A stretch of DNA of 63,239 nucleotides from Candidatus Bathyarchaeota archaeon (GCA_005881695.1 VBBT01000113.1:1-63239); one strand, 5' to 3'. Positions 18,262-29,154 are shown, counted from the first letter of the stretch. Notes: generated by a model not told the origin, from the letters alone. Numbers and translations: made by a program.

Positions 18262-19236
18262 TTGCGAGTTTGGACTCAGTCCGAAATCTCCGTTCTTAGG
18301 AAGTTATGGCGCTCGATGACTGATCGAGAACTGTCCGCCCTTTTTGGTAGAACCCTAGAGGCAGTTCGCTCCCATCGTCAAGATTTACTCGGTCCCCGTT
18401 GGACTTCTCCCTCGAAACGTTGGGAAGGCAAACCGGGCATAGTCTTCGAGAAAGACTTAGTCCGAGAGTATCTTAATGGTTCGAGCCAATCTCTGATCGC
18501 AGAGAAGTTTCATATCGAATGGCGCAAGCTTAGGCAAGTACTCCTTTCTCACAGGGTCCCAATTCGCGGGAAGTCGCAGCAAATGTTCATGGACCTTCAT
18601 GGGAGATCTCCTAAGATCAGGCTTCGGCTCAACCGCTCCAAGCTCTACATCATTTTCGCGATGTTTGGTGACGGTCTTCGACCCACGAGCCAGACGAAAC
18701 AAAGAACTCACATAATTGGAATCGCTGCTGGAAAGGACCGAGACTTCGCGGAGAACTGGATCTCCGAATTCGAACAAGAATACTCAGTCCGACCGGCTCT
18801 CAGAACAGTTGGAATCAACAATATCCAAGCCTCGATTTCCTCTCTCGACATCTGGAATGATCTGCACAGTTACGCCTCTTTCGGAACCCGATCCTGGGGT
18901 CTACGAAAAGAAGCTCTCGGGCACTTGACATCCGACGAAGCGTCTCGGACCGACGTGGGATACGGCCTGAGGGGCTTCTTCGATGCAGACGGTTCTGTAA
19001 AATACCAAGCCAAAAGATCTTCAAGACAAGTCACCGTCACCTCGGTTAACCCGGAAGGTCTACGGCAGGTCTCCACTCTCCTTGGCAAAATTGGACTCCG
19101 ACACAGCGTCTACGAAGATAGCATCGCCATATTCGGTCGGAGAAACCTCTTGGATTATCAGAGAATGATTGGGTTCGGAATCGCTAGAAAGAACGAAGCG
19201 TTAAATAACATGATCTCGACTTTTCGAGTTAGATGA
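18262..19236 (+). CDS. Free-standing LAGLIDADG endonuclease with N-terminal Myb-like and HTH domains
   Basis: YIIFAMFGDG and GLRGFFDADGSV motifs, C-terminal IGFGIARK; N-terminal WTQSEISVL repeat-like helix domain. Confidence 0.8.
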   Translation: MRVWTQSEISVLRKLWRSMTDRELSALFGRTLEAVRSHRQDLLGPRWTSPSKRWEGKPGIVFEKDLVREYLNGSSQSLIAEKFHIEWRKLRQVLLSHRVPIRGKSQQMFMDLHGRSPKIRLRLNRSKLYIIFAMFGDGLRPTSQTKQRTHIIGIAAGKDRDFAENWISEFEQEYSVRPALRTVGINNIQASISSLDIWNDLHSYASFGTRSWGLRKEALGHLTSDEASRTDVGYGLRGFFDADGSVKYQAKRSSRQVTVTSVNPEGLRQVSTLLGKIGLRHSVYEDSIAIFGRRNLLDYQRMIGFGIARKNEALNNMISTFRVR

Positions 19237-19562
19237 GAGAGGGAGGGTTGTAAGTACGCCAACACACGGCTCGTTGACCAATCGAAGTCGACACAAAGTC
19301 CCTTCGGGTCTGAGCGGGCAAGGTCAGGCAGCAGACCCCTAAGATTCAAGCATTGGATAAGCCAGGCCTCTCGCCAAGAGAGAGGGTCCGGCGGAATTCT
19401 GAGAAGAGGTTCGTCCTCGGCAGAAAACCAGGTCAGAACTATATCCGAACCTAAACGCTCGCCAGACAGTTCGGTCCGCTTATGACCGAAGAATCGGACC
19501 CAAGCCTTACTTGCGTGTTTACCTTATTAGCGGCAGTCAACAGTAGCTCTTGCCGATATCAG

Positions 19563-19799
19563 ATGGAAAAAGCCACTCAGATGCAACGCGGACTCATGGT
19601 ACGTGTAGTTTTGTCAATAATCACGCTAGCGGCTTTCTTGGCCGGTTCTCTGATCGTTGTTGGCTTCTACACCAACTACGACTGGTTTCAGAAAATCGTA
19701 GTAATCCTGGTCGCCATGATAATCGCATTTGCGGCGCTGGCAATTATGTGGGTCACTTGGGCCGGTCGCAGAGGGATGATGGGCTGGTGGAGAGACTAG
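19563..19799 (+). CDS. Small 2-TM membrane protein
   Basis: Two hydrophobic helices; ATG 19563 preferred over 19482. Confidence 0.65.
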   Translation: MEKATQMQRGLMVRVVLSIITLAAFLAGSLIVVGFYTNYDWFQKIVVILVAMIIAFAALAIMWVTWAGRRGMMGWWRD

Positions 19800-19879
19800 C
19801 CCAATAGCGGTTGAACTGTCAAGCTCTTATCTAGAACGCTTCCTCCCAAGCCTCGGCCAACTAGCTTCGGGACCTGGCA

Positions 19880-21061
19880 TTGTCTCTGTTAATTGATACT
19901 CTACTCATCGTTCAATCGACCCTAGTGTTCCTTCTGGCCGGATACGAGTATCTTATCCTAATGGACTTCCCAGCCTTACCCGAAAATACCATGGCCCCGT
20001 CGAACAGTTCTATGGTTTCGATTATTCTTCCGGTTCGAAATCAGGCAAATACAGTATCCGAATGCGTGTCCTCACTGATTGGCTTGGATTATCCCGCGAA
20101 AGAGGTCATCGTTGTAGATGGCAATTCGACGGACGGAACCCAGAACATTCTCAAGAGCTTTGATGGTAAGATCAAACTCGTCGAGGAAGAGCCTCTTCCT
20201 CAGGGCTGGGTGGGAAAGAACTGGGCCTGCCACCTAGGCTACAAGCAAGCCACTGGCGATCTACTCCTTTTCACGGACGGCGACTCTGTCCATTCGCGCG
20301 ACAGTCTAACAAAAACCGTGAACTTTCTGCAAGACACCAAAGCGGACCTCGCTACCCTCGCCCCCGCCGCGATTCTTCGAACTTTCTGGGAGAAACTTCT
20401 CCAGCCTCCTATTTTCTGGTTGATTATGATGTTCGTCGGCGGCAAATGGGTCAATGATGACAGCAAACCACGTTGGGCCCTTGGAAATGGCCAATACATG
20501 CTCTTCCGACGTGAGGCCTACGACAAAGTAGGCGGACACTATGCGGTCCGGGACAAGATAACTGAGGATTATTCCCTTGGCAGATTGATCAAAGCCCAGA
20601 GCCTTAGGCTCAGAATGGTCACGGCCTCTGGGTCGCTGGGTGTTCGAATGTACTCTAGTCTCCCGGAGATCTGGAGGGGATGGAGGAAGAACTTCTACTC
20701 CGTCTCAGGAAACCATCCACTTTTTCGGGCCGTTTACCGACTCGTACTCCTTTTCACAATTCTCGTTCTACCGTTCATCGTGCTTGGATACGGCATCTAC
20801 CTTGCACCAGGCATGCCCCTGAACATCTACCTTCTCACGGGTGTTTTCATGGCCGCGTTCCTGTGGCTTGGGCTCATCATCCTCGACCGATCGATCCGGG
20901 TAAACCCACTCTACGCGCTTTTACTACCCTTCGCCATCATGGTCTACATGGGAATAGGCATCGACTCGACTGTCAGAGGAGCACTAGGTCTAGGCTTCTC
21001 ATGGAAGGGGCGAGTATATGGAAAACCCATAACTGGCCCGCTCGAAACCGGAGTTCCCTGA
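19880..21061 (+). CDS. GT2-family glycosyltransferase, membrane-bound
   Basis: VSIILPVRNQ, VVDGNSTDGT, GWVGKNWAC, FTDGD, GNGQ and TED motifs. Confidence 0.88.
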   Translation: MSLLIDTLLIVQSTLVFLLAGYEYLILMDFPALPENTMAPSNSSMVSIILPVRNQANTVSECVSSLIGLDYPAKEVIVVDGNSTDGTQNILKSFDGKIKLVEEEPLPQGWVGKNWACHLGYKQATGDLLLFTDGDSVHSRDSLTKTVNFLQDTKADLATLAPAAILRTFWEKLLQPPIFWLIMMFVGGKWVNDDSKPRWALGNGQYMLFRREAYDKVGGHYAVRDKITEDYSLGRLIKAQSLRLRMVTASGSLGVRMYSSLPEIWRGWRKNFYSVSGNHPLFRAVYRLVLLFTILVLPFIVLGYGIYLAPGMPLNIYLLTGVFMAAFLWLGLIILDRSIRVNPLYALLLPFAIMVYMGIGIDSTVRGALGLGFSWKGRVYGKPITGPLETGVP

Positions 21062-21075
21062 GATAGCAAACACGA

Positions 21076-22686
21076 GTGGGAATGAGTGCATTGAGCCAGA
21101 CAACCGAACAAGTCTCTACCGAAATTGTAGAGCGTCTGCTCAGTCTTGACCGTCCCTCCCGCGAGGACATCAACCGAATCAAGATCGAAGTCTGCAGGCT
21201 ACACAGGTCACCTACTGTTCCCCCTAACTCCGATCTTCTTCAGCGGCTCCCTGGTTCGGAATTCATCCGGCTCAGGCCTCTCCTTATCGGTAAACAGGTT
21301 CGTAGCGCTAGCGGAGTAACTACTGTCGCTGTAATGCCCAAGCCATACGCTTGTCCCCACGGAAAGTGCACATACTGTCCGGGTGGGCCGGAGGTCGGAG
21401 TCCCGAGAGCTTACACTGGACAGGAGCCAGCTGTCATGCGAGCTCTGGAGAATGAATACGACCCCTTCCTCCAGGTTCAGAGCAGGGTCGCTCAGCTTCG
21501 GGCAATGGGACACCCGGTCGACAAAGTAGAGCTGATCCTTGTCGGCGGTACATTTCCATTCCTACCAAGAACCTACCAGGAAGACTTCGTCAAACGATGC
21601 CTCGATGCGTTGAATGGCGTCGACTCACCTTCCCTGGAAGAAGCGAAGAATCTCGCTGAATCAGCAAATGTCAAGAACGTCGGGATTACCGTCGAAACCA
21701 GGCCCGACTGGGCACGGAAGGGCCATGTGGATCACATGCTTTCGATGGGGGTAACACGCGTCGAGATAGGGGTCCAGACCTTGTACGACGATGTCTATGA
21801 GAGAATTCATAGAGACCATACTGTCGCCGATGTTGTTCAGGCAACACAGACCCTAAAGGATTCAGGAATCAAGGTCGGGTATCACATGATGCTAGGACTC
21901 CCAGGCTGCGACGCTTCGCGGGATTTAGACGCGTTCCGGAAAATCTTCGAAGACCCCGACTTCAAGCCTGACATGCTGAAGATCTATCCATGTCTGGTCA
22001 CGCCTGGAACACAGCTCTACGAAGAATGGAGGAGAGGAGAGTGCAAGCCCTACTCCACCGAGGAATCAGCCTGTCTCATCGCAGAGATCAAACAGTTCGT
22101 CCCACGCTGGATTAGGATCATGAGGATCCAGAGAGAGATACCGGTGGATGGGATCGCTGACGGCGTGAAGCACGGGAATCTCCGACAGCTCGTCCAGCAA
22201 GAGCTGACGCGTCGTGACATGAAATGTGAATGCATCAGATGCAGAGAAGTCGGCATCCACTTCCTCAATAGTGGAGAAAGTCCCGACTTGGAACAAATCC
22301 GACTTCAAAGGGTCGACTATGAAGGTTCCGGGGGAACTGACATTTTCCTATCTTTCGAGGATCTCAAAAATGACATACTCGTTGGGTACGTTCGACTTCG
22401 AATACCAACTGAAAAGGCTCACAGACCCGAGATAGCGGGACAGGATGTCGCGATTATCAGGGAACTGCACGTTTTCGGGCAGACAGTTCCGGTGGGCGAA
22501 AGGCTTGCGGGGGCGTTCCAGCACAAGGGCTACGGGTCCAAGCTTCTCACAGAAGCAGAACGAATCGCGACAGAAGAGCACGACTGTCAAAAACTGCTCG
22601 TCATAAGTGCCCTAGGCACCAAAAGGTATTACTCGCGGTTCGGCTATACAAACGACGGACCCTACGTGTCGAAAAGCCTAGCCTAG
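21076..22686 (+). CDS. elp3: Elp3 tRNA U34 acetyltransferase (radical SAM + GNAT)
   Basis: CPHGKCTYCPGG, ETRPD, LKIYP, RELHVFG and FQHKGYG motifs. Confidence 0.95.
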   Translation: MGMSALSQTTEQVSTEIVERLLSLDRPSREDINRIKIEVCRLHRSPTVPPNSDLLQRLPGSEFIRLRPLLIGKQVRSASGVTTVAVMPKPYACPHGKCTYCPGGPEVGVPRAYTGQEPAVMRALENEYDPFLQVQSRVAQLRAMGHPVDKVELILVGGTFPFLPRTYQEDFVKRCLDALNGVDSPSLEEAKNLAESANVKNVGITVETRPDWARKGHVDHMLSMGVTRVEIGVQTLYDDVYERIHRDHTVADVVQATQTLKDSGIKVGYHMMLGLPGCDASRDLDAFRKIFEDPDFKPDMLKIYPCLVTPGTQLYEEWRRGECKPYSTEESACLIAEIKQFVPRWIRIMRIQREIPVDGIADGVKHGNLRQLVQQELTRRDMKCECIRCREVGIHFLNSGESPDLEQIRLQRVDYEGSGGTDIFLSFEDLKNDILVGYVRLRIPTEKAHRPEIAGQDVAIIRELHVFGQTVPVGERLAGAFQHKGYGSKLLTEAERIATEEHDCQKLLVISALGTKRYYSRFGYTNDGPYVSKSLA

Positions 22687-22762
22687 GAAACAAATTCGAG
22701 GTCAGTCTATTGGTGAAAGAGTGGAACGAGTGTTTGAACCCTGATGTTTGTAGGTCCGACTA

Positions 22763-23317
22763 GTGCAGGAGTTCGAAACGCCCGGGATCTTTGAACCTCG
22801 GCGTCGGCGTCAATCGGACGAAGAGATTCTATGGAGTGGAAGAGCAAGATTTTCCCGGAGACTATTTGCTGTCGCTTTTTTGGGGCTATTTGCTCTTGGG
22901 TGCATTGTCTACTTCGCAGTATTAGGTGAGGTTCTTCTCGCAATGTCGTTTGGGTTAGTACTCGAGTCCAGTATTGTAATCCTAGGTCCATTATTCTTTG
23001 CATTTCGAGGCTCTAGATATCACATAACTGATCGGAGGATTCTGGTTCGACGAGCGGATCGGGTCCGAGGGTCTGTCCCACTTGAGGACGTTCGCACGGC
23101 AATCATAACAAAGACAGGCTTTCTGGGAGTTGCATCCCTCAACGTTTATCATTACAAAAACCGTTTGGGGAGTTCGTTTCTAGGCGGGACCCCACAAGAC
23201 GGCGAAGGCCTTCCTGCTGACTGTTTGAGTCTAGGACTACTTGGAAAGAGTCAAGCGGAAGAAGCCGAACAAGTTGTTCTGCAGGCAAAGTATGCGAAAG
23301 ACAAAGGCCTGATCTGA
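22763..23317 (+). CDS. Membrane protein with PH-like domain
   Basis: EEILWSGR, two TM helices, RYHITDRRILV. Confidence 0.6.
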   Translation: MQEFETPGIFEPRRRRQSDEEILWSGRARFSRRLFAVAFLGLFALGCIVYFAVLGEVLLAMSFGLVLESSIVILGPLFFAFRGSRYHITDRRILVRRADRVRGSVPLEDVRTAIITKTGFLGVASLNVYHYKNRLGSSFLGGTPQDGEGLPADCLSLGLLGKSQAEEAEQVVLQAKYAKDKGLI

Positions 23318-23422
23318 ATTCAGGCCGTGAAACTGGTCAACAAAAAGACCGGAAACCTCATCCAGAAATATCCTTAACCTAAGGCAAAGGACACCCGGCC
23401 AATACCAAATAGGTCTGTAGGT

Positions 23423-24757
23423 ATGTCTGTCTCAGCGCTAGAAGGATATCACGGGGAGATTCTTCGCCGCCTAAGAAAGTCTGGTGCGAAAGTCGGGAGC
23501 GTCATTCGGCTAACCTCGAAATCAGGGGAGGTGTTCGAAGGGATCCTCATCCCCAGGTCGGAATATTCTGATCCCAGACACATCGTCTTGAAGATGAGAA
23601 ACGGCTACAACATTGGCATCTCACTGGAGAGAACAGAGAAGCTGGAGGTCATCGGCGAGGGTGAGAAACCGCATTTCACCAAGCCTTCTTCACCGCCGAT
23701 TCGTGTTGGACTACCCAGGGTTGCTATCATAAGCACTGGTGGGACCATCGCGAGTAGGGTTGATTATCGCACTGGGGCTGTGCAGCCAGCGCTCACCGCG
23801 GCCGACCTCGCAAGCGTAGTTCCCGAACTCTCGTCTATCGCCGAGGTAGACGCCCACATACTCTTCAGCGAGTACAGTGAGAACATTGGCCCAATGCATT
23901 GGAAGGGCATGGCCGAAGAAGTCGCGAAGCGAATAGCGGACGGTGCAGAAGGAGTTGTCATAAGTCATGGGACAGACACTTTGCACTATACCGCTGCGGC
24001 CTTGAGTTTCGCTCTCTCAGGCCTGCCTATCCCAGTCCTGCTTGTCGGAGCCCAGCGTTCTTCTGACCGTCCCAGCTCGGACGCAGCCTCCAACCTCACA
24101 GGAGCAGTCGCTCTGGCCGCGAGAGCCGACATGGCCCTTGTCGGAGTTGCCATGCACCAAGACCTCTCCGATCACATCATCCTTGCTCATCGAGGCACCA
24201 GGGTTCGAAAATGTCACACCAGTCGTCGAGACGCCTTCAAATCGATAAACGCCAATCCGCTGGCGAGCTACGATTTGAAAACCGGCCAGATCGAACTGAC
24301 GAATGGAGTTCCAAAGAGAGACAAGTCCCGGAAGCTGGCCTTGAGATCTCGTTTTGACCAACATGCATACTTGATCAAATTCTACCCCGGGTTCAACACT
24401 TCCATGATTGACTCAGCGGTTTCTGCAGGAGCCCGCGGAATAGTCCTCGAGGGAACAGGGTTAGGTCATGTTTCTAGACAGTTGTTCGATTCGGTGAAGA
24501 AAGCGTTGAAGCGGGAGATCCCCTTCTTCATGACCTCCCAGACTATATGGGGACGAGTAGACATGAACGTCTACAACACCGGGCGCGACCTACTCAATCT
24601 CGGAGTCACTCCTCTCGAAGACATGATCGCTGAAACGGCAATTGTCAAGCTGATGTGGGTTGTAGCCCAGACCAAATCGGCCAGTAAGATTCGAGAAATG
24701 ATGCTTCGGTCGATTGCAGGCGAAATGACTTCGAGGACATTGGTGGAGGCTTCCTAG
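23423..24757 (+). CDS. gatD: Glu-tRNA(Gln) amidotransferase subunit D
   Basis: LKMRNGYNIGI, STGGTIASRVDYRTG, HGTDTL and GAQRSSDRPSSDA motifs. Confidence 0.95.
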   Translation: MSVSALEGYHGEILRRLRKSGAKVGSVIRLTSKSGEVFEGILIPRSEYSDPRHIVLKMRNGYNIGISLERTEKLEVIGEGEKPHFTKPSSPPIRVGLPRVAIISTGGTIASRVDYRTGAVQPALTAADLASVVPELSSIAEVDAHILFSEYSENIGPMHWKGMAEEVAKRIADGAEGVVISHGTDTLHYTAAALSFALSGLPIPVLLVGAQRSSDRPSSDAASNLTGAVALAARADMALVGVAMHQDLSDHIILAHRGTRVRKCHTSRRDAFKSINANPLASYDLKTGQIELTNGVPKRDKSRKLALRSRFDQHAYLIKFYPGFNTSMIDSAVSAGARGIVLEGTGLGHVSRQLFDSVKKALKREIPFFMTSQTIWGRVDMNVYNTGRDLLNLGVTPLEDMIAETAIVKLMWVVAQTKSASKIREMMLRSIAGEMTSRTLVEAS

Positions 24758-26662
24758 TCGTCTATAGATTATCGAGCCGTAGGCCTCAAGGTCGGCGTCG
24801 AGATACACCGACAACTCGACACTGAGCACAAGCTCTTCTGCGACTGTCCAACCCTTCTATCAATAAAGCCACCCACAGTCACCTTCGAAAGGAGACTTCG
24901 GCCTACACAAAGTGAGCTAGGCCAAATTGACCCCGCCGCCCTCTTCGAGTTCCACAAGGGCAAGACCATCACTTACGAGGCGGACCCGGAAACCACCTGC
25001 CTCGTGGAACTGGACGAGGAACCTCCCCACCTCTTGAACCCGGAAGCATTGGATGTCGCCCTTACCATGAGTATGCTTCTACACGCAAAGCCGATGGATG
25101 AGATTCACGTTATGCGAAAGGTCGTTATTGACGGGTCCAACACAACCGGATTCCAGCGAACAGCTGTCATCGCACTCAACGGGTCCATAACAGTAGACGG
25201 AGTAGAAGTACCAATAGAACAAGTAACGCTCGAAGAAGATGCGGGGCGAAAAACAGGCGACACGAAGACCTCAGCAGTCTTCCGCCTCGATCGGCTCGGA
25301 GTTCCACTGATAGAAGTCTCAACTGGACCAATAATCCACGACCCAGAACAAGCCGGAAAAGTTGCATTCGCCATTGGCGGCATTCTCCGGGCAACCAAGA
25401 AGGTAAAGCGAGGTCTAGGAAGTATTCGACAGGACCTTAACGTATCGATTAAGGATGGCGCCCTCGTCGAGGTCAAGGGGGTTCAGGAGCTCGAACTCGT
25501 TTCTAAGGCTGTAGGCTACGAGGTTCAGAGACAGCTCGGGCTTCTCGAGGTCAGAGATGAACTCCGGCAGAGGAACGTCAAGGCTTCGGATATCAAAGAT
25601 GAATTCGTTGACGTCACGAGTATTCTCTCAGGTTCCGAATCGAAGATCGTCCAATCCACTCTCAATCAAGGAGGAGTCGCGCTGGCAGTCAAACTTTCCA
25701 GTTTCAAGGGACTCCTCAAACGCGAACTCATCCCCAACATTCGGCTCGGAACAGAGATGGCCAAGCGCGCCGTCTTCTGGGGTAGGGTCGGGGGAATTTT
25801 TCATTCAGACGAGCTTCCTGCTTATGGAATTGATTCGAGTCATGTAGAAGAGGTCGCGAAGAGCCTCGGATGTGGAGAACTTGATGGGTTCGTTATTGTA
25901 GCGGACAATCTCGACAATGCGAAAGACGGATTGAGGGCAGTTGTAGAACGTGCTCGGGAGGCCGCGGAACGAATTCCAGAAGAAACACGGGCGGCAAACC
26001 CTGACGGGACCACTGTCTATCTGCGCCCAAGGCCTGGAGCTGCGAGAATGTATCCAGAGACTGATGTCCCACCGGTTCAAATCGGCGAGGGCCGACTTGA
26101 ACGACTTTGGGAGAACCTTCCCCGAATGCCGGAAGAGCTAGCGAAAGAGCTGGAGACAAAGCATAGTCTCAGCCCCAAGCTAGCCACTCAGCTCGTGGAT
26201 TCCGATTATCTTCCCGCTTTCGAGGAAATTGTCGCGGGAGCAAAAAGCGTCGCACCCAGCTTCGTCGCAACAATCCTTACGGAATCTCTGAGAAGCCTGC
26301 AAAGGGAACAAGTGCCCGTGGAAAACGTGCGGGAAGACCAGCTCAAACAAGCGTTCGACCTAGTTTCCAAGGGTGAAACCGCGAAAGAGTCTGTTCTGGA
26401 CGTTCTCAGATGGCTTGCATTCCATCCAGATGGAGCCGCCGAAGAAGCGGTGGAAATGCTAAACCTCCGAATGCTGACCAAGTCGGACCTAGAGAATATC
26501 ATCAGCAAAGTTGTTGAATCGAATCAAACCCTGGTTCAAGATAACGGTGCCAAAGCTCTCGGAAGAATGATGAACCTAGTAATGGGCGAGGTGAGGGGAC
26601 GAGCCGACCCTCGACGGGTCACTGAGCTGCTTAGGACCCGTTTGGAACAGGTCAAAGCATGA
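24758..26662 (+). CDS. gatE: Glu-tRNA(Gln) amidotransferase subunit E
   Basis: IDYRAVGLKVGVEIHRQL..KLFCDCP lies in frame from 24758, upstream of the first canonical start at 25004; RPRPGAARMYPETDVP; start is TCG 24758 or ATA 24764. Confidence 0.92.
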   Translation, partial: SSIDYRAVGLKVGVEIHRQLDTEHKLFCDCPTLLSIKPPTVTFERRLRPTQSELGQIDPAALFEFHKGKTITYEADPETTCLVELDEEPPHLLNPEALDVALTMSMLLHAKPMDEIHVMRKVVIDGSNTTGFQRTAVIALNGSITVDGVEVPIEQVTLEEDAGRKTGDTKTSAVFRLDRLGVPLIEVSTGPIIHDPEQAGKVAFAIGGILRATKKVKRGLGSIRQDLNVSIKDGALVEVKGVQELELVSKAVGYEVQRQLGLLEVRDELRQRNVKASDIKDEFVDVTSILSGSESKIVQSTLNQGGVALAVKLSSFKGLLKRELIPNIRLGTEMAKRAVFWGRVGGIFHSDELPAYGIDSSHVEEVAKSLGCGELDGFVIVADNLDNAKDGLRAVVERAREAAERIPEETRAANPDGTTVYLRPRPGAARMYPETDVPPVQIGEGRLERLWENLPRMPEELAKELETKHSLSPKLATQLVDSDYLPAFEEIVAGAKSVAPSFVATILTESLRSLQREQVPVENVREDQLKQAFDLVSKGETAKESVLDVLRWLAFHPDGAAEEAVEMLNLRMLTKSDLENIISKVVESNQTLVQDNGAKALGRMMNLVMGEVRGRADPRRVTELLRTRLEQVKA

Positions 26663-27138
26663 CAGGCACGAAAGACGAGTTGAAGGTCGAAGATATTGCC
26701 CTTGACGATCTCGATAAGAAGATTCTTCACTGGTATCTCATTGACGCTCGCCTCTCCTACAGAGAGCTAGCGCACAAGCTAGGCGTCTCCACAACCACAG
26801 TCCAATCGAGAACCGCAAAACTGGAGAAGGCGGGAATCATACGCGGCTACTCGGCCATGTTCGACCATGACAAGATCGGCTTCCAGCTCACCGCCATCAC
26901 AGAGGTGAGCGTCGCCAAAGGCAAGCTGCTCGAGCTGGAGAAGGAGGTCGCCAAGATGCCTCAGGTGCTAGCAGTATACGATGTTACAGGACTCACCGAT
27001 GCGATGGTTATCGCGAAATTCAAGAGCCGAGACGACCTGAGCAAGTTCACTAAAGCTCTTCTAGCCATGCCCTTCGTGGAACGAACGAACACCCACATCG
27101 TCCTCACGACTGTAAAGGAAGATTTTCGTTTGCTCTAA
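26659..27138 (+). CDS. Lrp/AsnC-family transcriptional regulator
   Basis: LDDLDKKIL..DARLSYRELA HTH; YDVTG..D and TNT motifs. Confidence 0.92.
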   Translation: MTGTKDELKVEDIALDDLDKKILHWYLIDARLSYRELAHKLGVSTTTVQSRTAKLEKAGIIRGYSAMFDHDKIGFQLTAITEVSVAKGKLLELEKEVAKMPQVLAVYDVTGLTDAMVIAKFKSRDDLSKFTKALLAMPFVERTNTHIVLTTVKEDFRLL

Positions 27139-27974
27139 TCGGACCTTAGACGCGTGGCTTCCTTAAAAGATTGAACGGTCTTCTTCAGCTGAGTCTCCAC
27201 CTCACTCGGATCATCGAGATGGTTTCCAATGATTCTGACCAAAGCGCTTCCCACAATTGCCCCGTCAGCTCCGGACTGGATGACGGCGGAAACGTGTTCC
27301 GGTTGCGAGATACCAAATCCAGCGGAAATCGGGATCTTTCCTCTCGCCAAGGACTTAACAGTCTTGACCGCTTCGAGCGCTTGTGGGCTGAGCGAGTCCC
27401 GAGGACCCGTAACACCATAGAGTGACACGAGATAGAGGAAACCCTTCGACTTGTCGAGAACGGTTCGCAATCTAGTCCGAGAAGTGTTTGGTGCTGCTAG
27501 GTAGATGTTATCGATATTGTGTTTCAGGGCAACGTTTCTGAATTCGTCGCTCTCTTCAACAGGCAAATCCGGGACGACGATCCCATCAACACCACTTTCA
27601 CGGGCTTTAGTTAGGAAGCGGTCCAAGCCCATCGCAAGAATAGGATTGTAGTAACTCAGAACGACAAACGGGACAGGAGACTGCGATGAGAGTTCTCGGA
27701 TCAAACCCAGGATTCCTTTAGGCGTGGCTCCTTGGGATAAGGCCCGCATGCTAGAAGCCTGGATCACTGGTCCGTCGGCTATTGGATCTGAGAATGGAAT
27801 TCCGACTTCAACAATGTCCGCTCCACCTTCTATCAAGGCCGTAGAATTAGCCAAGAATGCTTTCGGGTCCGGGTCGCCGCCTGTCAGGTAAGTGATCAAC
27901 GCTCCCTCTCGGTGGCTATGAAGTTCTCGGAACTTCGCCTCTATCCTGTCGTCATTGGGCAATGTGCTTGGCAA
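27135..27974 (-). CDS. trpA: Tryptophan synthase alpha chain
   Basis: [17 protein letters not shown] and GFGIS motifs. Confidence 0.95.
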   Translation of the reverse strand: MPSTLPNDDRIEAKFRELHSHREGALITYLTGGDPDPKAFLANSTALIEGGADIVEVGIPFSDPIADGPVIQASSMRALSQGATPKGILGLIRELSSQSPVPFVVLSYYNPILAMGLDRFLTKARESGVDGIVVPDLPVEESDEFRNVALKHNIDNIYLAAPNTSRTRLRTVLDKSKGFLYLVSLYGVTGPRDSLSPQALEAVKTVKSLARGKIPISAGFGISQPEHVSAVIQSGADGAIVGSALVRIIGNHLDDPSEVETQLKKTVQSFKEATRLRSD

Positions 27975-29154
27975 TTATCTCCACATCCTTGTCGCCTCTG
28001 CCTGAAAGGTTGACGAGGATCGAATCCTTTGTCGCGAGGCTCTTCGCCAGCTTCATCGCGTAACTGATAGCGTGGGCCGATTCTAGAGCCGGCATGATCC
28101 CCTCCAGTTGGGAGAGAGTCTTGAAGGCGTCCAAAGCTTCCTCATCGGACACGGTAACATACTTGGCTCGCCCCTCGTTCATCAAGAAGGCGTGTTCCGG
28201 CCCAACCCCGGGATAGTCAAGCCCGGCTGAAATACTCCGGGTCGTCTGCACTTGTCCCGCTTCGTCCTGCAGAACATAGGTCATCATGCCATGCAGGACC
28301 CCTTCGCGTCCGGCAACCAACGGTGCCGCGTTTTGTCCCGGCGACAAACTTTCCCCGCCAGCCTCGACTCCGTAAAGGTTGACATCCAGGTCGTGCAAAA
28401 ACGAATGGAAGATTCCGATCGAATTGCTTCCCCCACCGACGCACGCAACAACAGCCTTAGGGAGTTTACCGTCTGCTTGTAGGATCTGCTTCCGCGCCTC
28501 CTTCCCGATCACGCTCTGAAAGTCCCGGACCATCGTCGGGTAAGGATGTGGGCCCACAACCGATCCCAGAAGATAGTACGTCTCCTGAACGTTTGTAACC
28601 CAGTCCCTCAACGCTTCATTGATCGCATCCTTCAAGGTCCTGGACCCGGACTCAACTGGATGCACCTTGGCGCCGAGCATCTTCATCCTGTACACGTTCA
28701 ATTTCTGTCGGTCCATGTCCTCACTTCCCATGTAGACCTCAGCCCCCAACCCTAGAGCTGCACAAGCCATAGCAGTAGCAACCCCATGCTGTCCCGCCCC
28801 TGTTTCAGCAATGATCCTCCGCTTCCCCATTTTCTTAGCAAGGAGAGCTTGGCCGAGAGTATTGTTGATCTTGTGCGCGCCACCATGCAAGAGATCCTCT
28901 CTCTTCAGGTAGATTCTGGCCCCTCCAACGTGGCGAGTCAGATTGGCAGCAAGGTACAGTGGCGTAGGTCTGCCGGCGAAGGTATCAAGCCAGCCCGCCA
29001 ACTCTTTCTTGAAGGAGGGGTCGTGGGAGAACTTGTTGTATGCCTCCTCAAGTGCCCTGAGTGGCTCCATCAAGGTCTCAGGGACATACTGCCCGCCGTA
29101 TTTTCCGAACTTGCCTGGTTTCGAACCTGTTCTAGATTCTGCGTGTTTCTTCAA
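27952..29154 (-). CDS. trpB: Tryptophan synthase beta chain
   Basis: [15 protein letters not shown] and AETGAGQHG motifs. Confidence 0.97.
   Translation of the reverse strand: MKKHAESRTGSKPGKFGKYGGQYVPETLMEPLRALEEAYNKFSHDPSFKKELAGWLDTFAGRPTPLYLAANLTRHVGGARIYLKREDLLHGGAHKINNTLGQALLAKKMGKRRIIAETGAGQHGVATAMACAALGLGAEVYMGSEDMDRQKLNVYRMKMLGAKVHPVESGSRTLKDAINEALRDWVTNVQETYYLLGSVVGPHPYPTMVRDFQSVIGKEARKQILQADGKLPKAVVACVGGGSNSIGIFHSFLHDLDVNLYGVEAGGESLSPGQNAAPLVAGREGVLHGMMTYVLQDEAGQVQTTRSISAGLDYPGVGPEHAFLMNEGRAKYVTVSDEEALDAFKTLSQLEGIMPALESAHAISYAMKLAKSLATKDSILVNLSGRGDKDVEIIAKHIAQ

Noticed and set aside
19237..19484. TGA readthrough extension of the LAGLIDADG ORF (frame stays open about 80 codons)
   Set aside because: The translation is Ser/Arg-rich and not domain-like, with no evidence for selenocysteine recoding
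18123..19560. RNase P RNA, SRP RNA, or group I/II intron around the LAGLIDADG ORF
   Set aside because: Could not find the complete conserved cores (RNase P CR-I/CR-V, SRP helix 8, a full P/Q/R/S set, domain V) or interrupted exons
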